From assembly GCA_038257245.1 (NCBI GenBank), contig JBBSJL010000003.1, positions 2,074 to 66,073 on the forward strand: DNA of 64,000 nucleotides, written 5' to 3'. The notes beneath the pieces are model-generated. The model searched no databases. It had not been told where the DNA came from and saw nothing but the letters and a program-made list of their open reading frames with translations. The position numbers and the translations under genes are program-made. Shown here piece after piece: positions 55,963-62,842 of this stretch. Positions within the stretch are counted from its first letter, which is position 1, and every line of letters begins with the position of its first letter. This DNA is from Candidatus Saccharimonadales bacterium (lineage in GTDB: Bacteria; Patescibacteriota; Saccharimonadia; Saccharimonadales; JACQNP01).

Positions 55963-56120
55963 GGTTCAAGTCCTACTGCTTAGACTGAAACAGGGCTTCC
56001 TTCCTAATATCATTCACTATCTCCCACATACCTATCAGTTCTCTTTTAATAAGGTTCCATTTCGTCAAAGGCATGCCTACCAAGCATAAGCATTATGACC
56101 TCTAGAAATAGAGGTCTTTT
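55963..56120 (+). repeat. Junction repeat copy D (full)
   Basis: Head GGTTCAAGTCCTACTGCTTAGAC, a body, and a tail identical to copy A. The hairpin spans 56097-56116. Confidence 0.9.
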
Positions 56121-56230
56121 CATTTTATAACTATTTGCCAGGGAGCTGCTACCTAGTTAACCGTTATCCTTTTAACAACATTGAGAGTATAATTGAAGGT
56201 ACACAAAGTGGAATAATCTAGGAGCTAAAT

Positions 56231-56638
56231 ATGACAGATATTAAACAAACCGTAACAGAGACCGAAGATAGTGGTAATAATGAAGTCGGAGCAGCTGTCC
56301 GGCAGAAAACTAAACAAATCCATACTGAATCAGCGGCAGACAGTAAAACAACTGCACAAAACATCGTTTGGTACATACTGGGTGTTTTGGAAGTCGTTTT
56401 GGCAATTAGATTTGTTCTCAAACTCCTAGGAGCAAACTCTGCGAACGCATTTGTTGATTTAACTTATTCTATTAGTGGAATTATTACTGCGCCCTTTGAT
56501 AGCATATTCGGCGTAACAAGCACCACTACAGGTGATACTAATTCTGTGTTTGAACCTTCAATAATTGTTGCCGGGTTAGTCTATATGTTGATAGCGTGGG
56601 GAGTCGTCAAGCTGATCACTATTAACCAAAAGCAGTAA
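56231..56638 (+). CDS. YggT-like two-helix membrane protein
   Basis: TAGGAG SD. The IRFVLKLLGAN....ITAPFDSIFG pattern resembles the YggT repeat. Confidence 0.45.
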   Translation: MTDIKQTVTETEDSGNNEVGAAVRQKTKQIHTESAADSKTTAQNIVWYILGVLEVVLAIRFVLKLLGANSANAFVDLTYSISGIITAPFDSIFGVTSTTTGDTNSVFEPSIIVAGLVYMLIAWGVVKLITINQKQ

Positions 56639-56660
56639 CTATAATAAGGTAAGGCGTCGA

Positions 56661-56888
56661 ATGAAATATTACAAAAAACGCATTGAAGATGTACTAAAAA
56701 GACCACGAAGTCTTATTTCAAAAGTTAACTTCCGTCGCTATCTTACAAACGTTAACGAGCCGGCAGAAAATATATCAGAATTACGGCTACCAGAATCAAA
56801 AATTCGAAAACACGACAAGATAGATTCTGCACGGCAAAGGGTTGGGATTCGTAAACTTGCTAAAAAACTAAGACTTAGAAGTAAGTAG
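56661..56888 (+). CDS. Small highly basic protein, unknown function
   Basis: 75 aa, K/R-rich, with a weak SD (TAAGG). Confidence 0.4.
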   Translation: MKYYKKRIEDVLKRPRSLISKVNFRRYLTNVNEPAENISELRLPESKIRKHDKIDSARQRVGIRKLAKKLRLRSK

Positions 56889-56941
56889 ATTAAAGCTAGA
56901 TGTTGATTATTATTTCATATATAGCTACCCGCATTAAATAG

Positions 56942-58651
56942 ATGAATTTTGTTAAAACAGCATTGTTGAATATACGACTAGTTCTGGTCCTACTTGGAGT
57001 AGTATTTTTAGGTTCTATAGCTTACAGCCAACTAAAAGGAAGCCAAGATTTTGCTGATATTATAAATGGGCATGACTGGACCCACTTTGCTGGAGCAACA
57101 CAAACCCAAAGTGGTATCCAAATATCTCCACTGAATAAAGAAATCATTCACCAAGACGGATCAAAAGCACAGCTAAATCCACCCTTAAACGTCCGTGGTC
57201 CTCATTTGGCAGTCTCTGGAAACTTTGAAGTTAAGGCTAACATGGATGGCATAGAAGACGGGGCTTCGTTACAATTTTACAGCCAACCGCCAGTTATATA
57301 TGACGAATGGCGACAAGAGCACCCAAGCATTAGAATTGATATATCTGCCAACAGCGTAGAAGCGCGTATATGGGACGGTAACTCATCAACACCAATGGAC
57401 ATTCGTAGTTTTAATGTGAACTTAAATGGGCCAACGAAGCTAGATCTTAAGCACGAAGACGGACAGATAGCTCTGGCAGTAAACAGCCACGAGCTTGGGT
57501 CTATGCCAGATCATAATATATTTGCTGGTGGGACGGTTTGGTTTGGGTTAGACGGAAACGATAAAGGGGATGGCTGGATACTACGTGACCTTAGGGCACA
57601 TCCTCTTGGTAAAGATAGCTTGGATGTTATAGCCGTAACTTCTCTAACTGTTGACCACAATGACGCAAACTTACTACGTAATCTAATTGATAAACAGTCT
57701 CGCAAAATACAAATTGGCGTGGCAGTGTCGGTAAACCCTCTATACACCGATGAAGCATACAAGAATATTGCCATGAGCCAGTTTAATTTAGTAACCACAG
57801 AGAGTAGTTTAAAGGCCCAATTTATTCATCCAGCACCTGATAAATATAACTTTACCGAAGCGGATAATATTATTGCTATGGCGGAGGCTAACGGCCAGGC
57901 AGTTCACGGGCATACTTTGATCTTTGCTAAGTCTAATCCATCGTGGATGACAGATACACCCGAAGACAAGTTGGCTGGCGTCATGACAGACCATACAACT
58001 AATGTTGTCAAACATTTTAAAGGTCGTATTGGTTCGTGGGATGTTGTTAATGAACCTATGTCCGAAAAGGACGAAGATTATACAAACGGGAATCTAGGCT
58101 TACGACAGCATTTTTGGTTCAAAGCTATGGGCGAACAATACATCGACAAAGCATTTAAAGCGGCACGAGCGGCTGACCCAACTGCAAAACTATATTTGAA
58201 TGATTACGGTATCGAGCATGATGGCATGCGATGGCAAGCATTCTACACACTCGTGCAACGTCTTCAAGCTCGTGGTGCCCCAATTGACGGTGTTGGGTTT
58301 GAATCTCATGTCTACCAGACCACGGACAAAATTGATCTGACAATATTAAGAGCGCATATAAAAGCAATTGCCGATTTGGGGCTAAGTGTCCGAATATCGG
58401 AAATAGATGTTTTGGGAGATGAACCACAATTTCAGAGCCAGCAGTACAGCGATGTATTGGCTGTTTGTTTAAGTGAACCTAGCTGCTCATCATATACCAC
58501 CTGGGGTGTATCGGACTTATATGGTTCTACAACTATTTCTGAACGATATCCACTATTGCTAGGTGATAGTTTACTGTGGGACAAGGATATGCAACCCAAA
58601 TCAGCTTTTTTTGAACTTCAGAAAGTGCTTAAGAACAACCAGGTGCAGTAA
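56942..58651 (+). CDS. Membrane-anchored glycoside hydrolase family 10 (endo-beta-1,4-xylanase-like) with an N-terminal beta-sandwich-like domain
   Basis: Signal-anchor helix, a ~200-aa unassigned domain, then a GH10 domain with GHTLIF, WDVVNEP (acid/base Glu) and ISEIDV (nucleophile Glu). Confidence 0.8.
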   Translation: MNFVKTALLNIRLVLVLLGVVFLGSIAYSQLKGSQDFADIINGHDWTHFAGATQTQSGIQISPLNKEIIHQDGSKAQLNPPLNVRGPHLAVSGNFEVKANMDGIEDGASLQFYSQPPVIYDEWRQEHPSIRIDISANSVEARIWDGNSSTPMDIRSFNVNLNGPTKLDLKHEDGQIALAVNSHELGSMPDHNIFAGGTVWFGLDGNDKGDGWILRDLRAHPLGKDSLDVIAVTSLTVDHNDANLLRNLIDKQSRKIQIGVAVSVNPLYTDEAYKNIAMSQFNLVTTESSLKAQFIHPAPDKYNFTEADNIIAMAEANGQAVHGHTLIFAKSNPSWMTDTPEDKLAGVMTDHTTNVVKHFKGRIGSWDVVNEPMSEKDEDYTNGNLGLRQHFWFKAMGEQYIDKAFKAARAADPTAKLYLNDYGIEHDGMRWQAFYTLVQRLQARGAPIDGVGFESHVYQTTDKIDLTILRAHIKAIADLGLSVRISEIDVLGDEPQFQSQQYSDVLAVCLSEPSCSSYTTWGVSDLYGSTTISERYPLLLGDSLLWDKDMQPKSAFFELQKVLKNNQVQ

Positions 58652-58660
58652 GAACAAACT

Positions 58661-58818
58661 GGTTCAACTACTACCGCCTAGGCTGCAACAGGGCTTCTCT
58701 CCTAACTTCATTCACTATCTCCCACATACCTATCAGTTCTCGTTTAATCTGGTTCCAATTCGTCAAAGGCATGCCTACCAAGCATAAGCACTAAGACCTC
58801 TGTAAAAAGAGGTCTTTT
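58661..58818 (+). repeat. Junction repeat copy E (full, diverged)
   Basis: About 8 mismatches to copy B over the last 111 nt. Hairpin variant GACCTCT gtaaaa AGAGGTC followed by TTTT. Confidence 0.85.
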
Positions 58819-58850
58819 ATATTTTGTTAGTAAAGACTACAAAATAAGTG

Positions 58851-58879
58851 TTGACATGCTATTTATGATTTGGTAAATT
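58851..58879 (+). promoter_or_regulatory. Sigma-70-type promoter of an apparently non-coding unit
   Basis: TTGACA (58851-58856), a 17-nt spacer, then TGG-TAAATT (58871-58879). Confidence 0.45.
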
Positions 58880-58885
58880 ATTTCT

Positions 58886-59028
58886 CGGAAGACCGAGTGA
58901 AACAGCACAAGTTCGTTAATATGTATCCGTTCAAGTTAGTAAAGTTCGAAGTTTGTTAGTTCGTAGGATACATCTGTGGGTGCTAGTCTTCCCCAGTACA
59001 AAGAGGCACAGAACGTGCCTCTTTTCAT
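58886..59028 (+). ncRNA. Candidate ~140-nt small RNA or cis-regulatory leader
   Basis: Bounded by the promoter above and the terminator AAGAGGCAC agaac GTGCCTCTT TTCATTT (59001-59030). An internal 7-bp stem TGTATCC/GGATACA (58922-58972) encloses AGTT(C/A/T)G repeats. No plausible ORF. Confidence 0.3.
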
Positions 59029-59185
59029 TTGGTTCTATTGCTCACAGGTGCTGCATCAAACACTAGTTTTCATCTGTTCGAATCTTCAAACAAAACGTTC
59101 CAATTCGACAAACCTAGATACTTATAAATACAGTCTACTTAATAGTTGGAGTAATTTGTCCTCATTTTTGGTATATTTGATTGAT

Positions 59186-59752
59186 ATGCAACATTTAGTT
59201 ATAGATTGTACAAAACCGAAGGATAAAGATTTCAATTCCCGACTATACAGGTACCTAGATATTATTGCTGACTACGACGTAGTTAATATTGAAGAGATAG
59301 GCGAGAGCACATTAGGTAAATATAAGACAATAATAATTACAGGTGTTCCAGTAACCTACCCGCTAGATTCCATATATGAAACAGCCAAAAGGTTAGAATG
59401 TATTAAAAGTGTGAATATCCCTGTGCTAGGAATATGTCTTGGTCATCAGGTAATAGGAGTACTATTTGGCTCTAAAATTTATGAGCACGGTGAAGCTGAG
59501 CATGGGGATAGAAAGGTCACCATAGTTAACGATGACAAAATATTCAAAGACATGTCGCATGAGTTTCATGCCCAAACACTTCATACGGCATCAGTAAGTT
59601 TGCCCCATTCGTTCAAACACTTAGCTAAATCCTATAGTTGTCATAATGAATCGATGAAACATAAAGAAAAGGATATTTATGGCTTTCAATTTCACCCAGA
59701 GTTTAAGGAATCATCCAGAGCAGTAATAAGAAACTTCATACTATTGAATTAG
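59186..59752 (+). CDS. Class I glutamine amidotransferase domain protein
   Basis: PVLGICLGHQ (Cys nucleophile) and FQFHPE (His/Glu). TGGTATATT lies 8 nt before the ATG at 59186. The track start at 58976 (GTG) reads through the terminator. Confidence 0.7.
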   Translation: MQHLVIDCTKPKDKDFNSRLYRYLDIIADYDVVNIEEIGESTLGKYKTIIITGVPVTYPLDSIYETAKRLECIKSVNIPVLGICLGHQVIGVLFGSKIYEHGEAEHGDRKVTIVNDDKIFKDMSHEFHAQTLHTASVSLPHSFKHLAKSYSCHNESMKHKEKDIYGFQFHPEFKESSRAVIRNFILLN

Positions 59753-59820
59753 AAACAGCTTTCCACCTTTCCACCTTCCCAACTCCTAAAGCAGTAAGAT
59801 CCAATTAGAATGTACTTGGG

Positions 59821-59885
59821 CTACCAAGCATATTCACTATGGATTATAATAAGGAAGGTGTTTTAGCCTAGCTTTGTTATGATTA
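59821..59885 (+). repeat. Junction repeat copy F (scrambled/degenerate)
   Basis: CTACCAAGCATA (tail start) is fused to TTCACTAT (a body fragment), and TTTGTTATGATTA (the leader) is at 59873-59885. CAACTCCTA, a head-like fragment, lies at 59780-59788. Confidence 0.55.
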
Positions 59886-59893
59886 TGTAGTAT

Positions 59894-60316
59894 ATGAAAA
59901 CCACAAAAAGAAACCAAAATCTGTGTAGTAAGTCAGGTTTTACAATTGTAGAAGTGATGATTGTCCTCGCTGTGGCAGGTCTAATTGTATTAATTCTTTT
60001 CTTTGCCATTCCTGCTTTACAGCGGATGACACGAAATACACGTCGTGATAATGATGTTCAATTAATAGTCGCAGCGATTAATGAATGCGTACTGAATAAT
60101 AACGGCCAAATTGACGGCTGTCAGGCTTTCGGCAATATCCCTATAGATGCGTCTAATTTAAGTATTTTCTCTGGTGCTCATTATGGTGTTGATGCGTCGG
60201 GTAATTCTGTCGCACCAACAGAAGAAGAGCCAAACTGGCTTTTTAATTTAAGGTGTAATAGTGATGGAACTTGGTTTTTGTCTGATAACCCACAAAGAGC
60301 TTTCGTCGTTACTTAA
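59894..60316 (+). CDS. Type IV pilin-like protein (prepilin N-terminal cleavage/methylation motif)
   Basis: KSG|FTIVEVMIVLAVAGLIVLILF has the G-F-T-x-x-E motif and a hydrophobic helix. Cys residues are present in the C-terminal domain. Confidence 0.7.
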   Translation: MKTTKRNQNLCSKSGFTIVEVMIVLAVAGLIVLILFFAIPALQRMTRNTRRDNDVQLIVAAINECVLNNNGQIDGCQAFGNIPIDASNLSIFSGAHYGVDASGNSVAPTEEEPNWLFNLRCNSDGTWFLSDNPQRAFVVT

Positions 60317-60420
60317 GAAAGAGAAGTTGGGTCATCAATACGAAACAAATGTATAGATGGATAATTGATACGATAGTTATGGTTTAGTACAAAATAGCAA
60401 ACTAAAACATTACGATTCAT

Positions 60421-60484
60421 GGTTAAATTCCTACTACCTAAACCCCAACAGGCTTTCTTCTTAGTATCATTCACTATCTCCCAC
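60421..60484 (+). repeat. Junction repeat copy G (head plus first part of the body only)
   Basis: GGTTAAATTCCTACTACCTAAACCCCAACAGGCTTTCTTCTTAGTATCATTCACTATCTCCCAC. Homology stops at 60484, and no tail or hairpin follows. Confidence 0.75.
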
Positions 60485-60510
60485 CCATTTTGATTTGATA
60501 TACTGCATTT

Positions 60511-61155
60511 ATGAGCACGGACTACGACAAACAACACGAAACTGCTACTGATTACTCAATGTTTGAAGTGTCCAAAGAACACTATTCATGGAATGAAGGT
60601 TTAAAGACTAGCTTATTGATAGTTTTGGCCATCGGTTCTTCGTTAGCAATGTTTGCATTAGCGAAATATTTCCTTAATGCTCCGGATTGGATAGGTGCTT
60701 TCATCGGTTTTATCTTTATTGCTGGCTTATGGATCTCAGTGATCTACGCTTTGCTCAGTTTGTACAAAAAACTTAAAATAAACAGACAAGTTATTAAAAA
60801 GTTTGCAGATGTAAATGGCTGGAAATATATTGCTAAACCAGGCAAACCAGAAAAGATTGAGTTAAAAGCAGACTTAAGCTACGCAATAGATTTCTATATT
60901 CGATTCACTGTTGAAGGAAAAAAAGACGGTGTAAACTTTAAGTTATATCAGATAATGGAGGAGTCTCTATCTAGCAGACGAGGAAAAAGGCTTTACTCAA
61001 TTTATAATACGTTTCTGAGGGTAGAAAAAACATTTATAGCGGACCAAAATGATAAAGATACTAAGATAATCGAAGGAGCAAAATACAAATATATTAATTT
61101 GCAGGGCAATATAATATATCGCGATGATGCAATAAAACTGTTTGATTCAATATGA
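60511..61155 (+). CDS. Two-helix membrane protein with a C-terminal soluble domain, unknown function
   Basis: TGATATACT lies 6 nt before the ATG. There are two adjacent TM helices. Confidence 0.55.
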   Translation: MSTDYDKQHETATDYSMFEVSKEHYSWNEGLKTSLLIVLAIGSSLAMFALAKYFLNAPDWIGAFIGFIFIAGLWISVIYALLSLYKKLKINRQVIKKFADVNGWKYIAKPGKPEKIELKADLSYAIDFYIRFTVEGKKDGVNFKLYQIMEESLSSRRGKRLYSIYNTFLRVEKTFIADQNDKDTKIIEGAKYKYINLQGNIIYRDDAIKLFDSI

Positions 61156-61212
61156 CTTCGCTAACTACATTTTCAACCCCTAATTCTTGAACTATTTGGT
61201 ATCATCTAGTCA

Positions 61213-61773
61213 ATGGAAACTCTACTTTACTCCCTTATATTATTCTTTGGCATCGCTTCTTACATTATTGGCCTAAAGGAAATGCTAGTAGGCAAGTACT
61301 CACCTAGTGTGTTTAGCAGAGTGGTTTGGTTGCTTCTTGCCATCATTAGCACGGCCAGTGTTGTAGCAAGCCATAGTACCTCAGCATCAGTGATACTGGC
61401 ATTTGTATTCTTGCTTGGAAATGCGAGTATATGTATTGCAAGTTTTTGGAAGGGCACTAAGGAAACAGGTAAGTTAGAGTATATCTGTCTAGGCATATTA
61501 GTAGTAAGCAGCATGGTTTGGATAGTCTTCAATGCTCCTCTTGTCAGTTTAGTCATTAGTCTGTTAGCACATTTTGTTGGAGCAGTACCAACTTACAAAA
61601 GAGTATGGATAAGGCCGAGCAGTGAAAGTACTGGCTTCTGGTCTCTATTCTTTGTAGCTAGCTTGCTTAGTATTTTTGCTAGCTGGGGGCAGCCTCTGAG
61701 CCTAATCATTTTCCCAATATACTTCGCTTTGTTTGACGGGAGTATGACTTTCTTGTCTATGAGAAAAACATAA
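61213..61773 (+). CDS. Polytopic (about 6 helices) membrane protein, unknown function
   Basis: TGGTATCAT lies 7 nt before the ATG. The protein is hydrophobic throughout. Confidence 0.55.
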   Translation: METLLYSLILFFGIASYIIGLKEMLVGKYSPSVFSRVVWLLLAIISTASVVASHSTSASVILAFVFLLGNASICIASFWKGTKETGKLEYICLGILVVSSMVWIVFNAPLVSLVISLLAHFVGAVPTYKRVWIRPSSESTGFWSLFFVASLLSIFASWGQPLSLIIFPIYFALFDGSMTFLSMRKT

Positions 61774-61851
61774 GTTGCGAACACGAAGCTTGCGGAAACG
61801 CCGAAGTCGCTGTACTGAGCTCACCACCTCTATGATAAAATAACCAAAGCA

Positions 61852-62232
61852 ATGAATAATTTCTTAAACAAAGAAATTATTCTTCCCAAAAAGCTGAATA
61901 TATTTCTCTTTAATGTATATCCATTATTATTTTTGTTAATTACATATTTGAGTGCAATTTTATCTCTGTCGCTTTTGTTGTGGGTGCTTAGTGGAATATT
62001 TAACAAAGGTTTTATTAACAGTCCATTTGGAGCAGCGTACTTATTGATATTTATTGGTATATTAATCTTTACACCATTGGTTCTAATAGGTTTTGTTAGT
62101 TTGAAAAGAACATTCACACACAGCGACTATAATCGTTCAAATACTCAAAGACATATTGTAATCACAATGAATGGGTTATTCGTTATTTCATCCCTTGTTC
62201 TAACAATTATTAAAATCATTAACCTTGTTTAG
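61852..62232 (+). CDS. Small membrane protein (3-4 helices), unknown function
   Basis: Very AT-rich ORF. The opposite-strand ORF 61830-62117 is less hydrophobic-periodic. Confidence 0.4.
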   Translation: MNNFLNKEIILPKKLNIFLFNVYPLLFLLITYLSAILSLSLLLWVLSGIFNKGFINSPFGAAYLLIFIGILIFTPLVLIGFVSLKRTFTHSDYNRSNTQRHIVITMNGLFVISSLVLTIIKIINLV

Positions 62233-62315
62233 AATATGGATAGCGCCATTTATTTGGCCTAGCCGATGTATTTCTTAGGATGTTGTGATTAAACAAATTT
62301 GCTATAATTTGTAAC

Positions 62316-62672
62316 ATGTCATTACTTAAATTTAAAGTAACGAAAAACACACTGGTTTATATTTGGGCTATCTTAGTTTTCATATTCAGTTTAGTTTCAT
62401 ACGTATCTAATTTAGACAGTCCTGCCAGCCTGAACAAGTGGGAAGCGTATGTTGCTATTGGAATATTCTTATTTTTCGTGGGCTATGCATTAATATACTC
62501 TATCGATTTCATCATTCTCTTGCTTAAAAAGATTTTGAATCCCTCTAAATCTAGCGAGACTACCACCAGGTCAATAAATAATTATAAAAAGTTAATCTTA
62601 TTAATACTGGGTGGAGTAGCTTTATATTGGATAATTTTCGGGATTGCATTGCTGACAGGTATGGCTAATTAG
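62316..62672 (+). CDS. Small membrane protein (3 helices), unknown function
   Basis: TGCTATAAT lies 7 nt before the ATG. Confidence 0.45.
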   Translation: MSLLKFKVTKNTLVYIWAILVFIFSLVSYVSNLDSPASLNKWEAYVAIGIFLFFVGYALIYSIDFIILLLKKILNPSKSSETTTRSINNYKKLILLILGGVALYWIIFGIALLTGMAN

Positions 62673-62752
62673 CCAAAAGCGTAAATAGACTATTTTCATG
62701 AAGTAGCTTGATCAATAAAGGCCAAGTTGTACAAACCTACTCTTACTCCTAC

Positions 62753-62786
62753 GCTTATATTACCTCTAGAAATGGAGGTCTTTTTT
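62753..62786 (+). repeat. Junction repeat copy H (tail/hairpin variant)
   Basis: GCTTATATTACCTCTAGAAATGGAGGTCTTTTTT carries the same TGGAGGTC variant arm as copy C. Confidence 0.75.
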
Positions 62787-62842
62787 ATTTGCCACTTGCT
62801 CCTTTAAGGCTTATGCTTAATCTAACTAATACAAGGAATATT

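Larger units (their letters stand above)
52827..62786 (+). other. Cassette-like accessory gene array anchored at tRNA-fMet
   Basis: All genes are on the + strand. Blocks of 1-4 ORFs are separated by junction-repeat copies A-H (listed separately). Confidence 0.55.

Noticed and set aside
58563-58787. The + strand ORF reading through repeat E (..QQGFSPNFIHYLPHTYQFSFNLVPIRQRHAYQA).
   Set aside because: It is not in frame with the GH10 gene and has no start signal. Copy B needs a frame change to keep the same peptide, so it is probably an open frame by chance within a conserved non-coding element. It is noted as an alternative in the repeat-body finding.
53471-58818. Could the repeats be classical integron attC sites?
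   Set aside because: I could not find the paired R''/L''-L'/R' boxes (RYYYAAC...GTTRRRY) with the required imperfect inverted symmetry. CCTAAC occurs in the body, but no matching GTTAGG partner does. No intI or Pc/attI is visible. I therefore report the array as integron-like in layout only.
53471-58818. Could the repeats be MITE or IS remnants?
   Set aside because: There are no terminal inverted repeats or target-site duplications flanking the copies. No transposase is present, and all copies share one orientation at gene-block boundaries.
58921-58959. A 12-codon peptide (MYPFKLVKFEVC) inside the candidate sRNA.
   Set aside because: It has no SD, and it lies within a predicted stem. It is too short to evaluate without conservation data.
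53471-60484. Could the repeats be template/variable repeats of a diversity-generating retroelement (common in CPR)?
   Set aside because: The differences between copies are not adenine-specific, the repeats lie after rather than inside target-gene C-termini, and no reverse transcriptase gene is present.
60313-60537. The minus-strand 74-aa ORF through repeat G and the start of the next gene.
   Set aside because: It is a read-through of the frameshifted small-ORF remnant, and it overlaps the promoter and start of the + strand gene at 60511.
61830-62117. A minus-strand 95-aa ORF opposite the small membrane protein gene 61852-62232.
   Set aside because: In this extremely AT-rich stretch both strands stay open. 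The + strand product has regular hydrophobic helices and matches the array orientation, though confidence in either ORF is modest.
52821-62786. Could the junction repeats be a CRISPR array?
   Set aside because: The repeats are 45-160 nt rather than 24-48 nt. Their spacing is irregular (0.6-2.7 kb), the 'spacers' are complete genes, and no cas genes are present.
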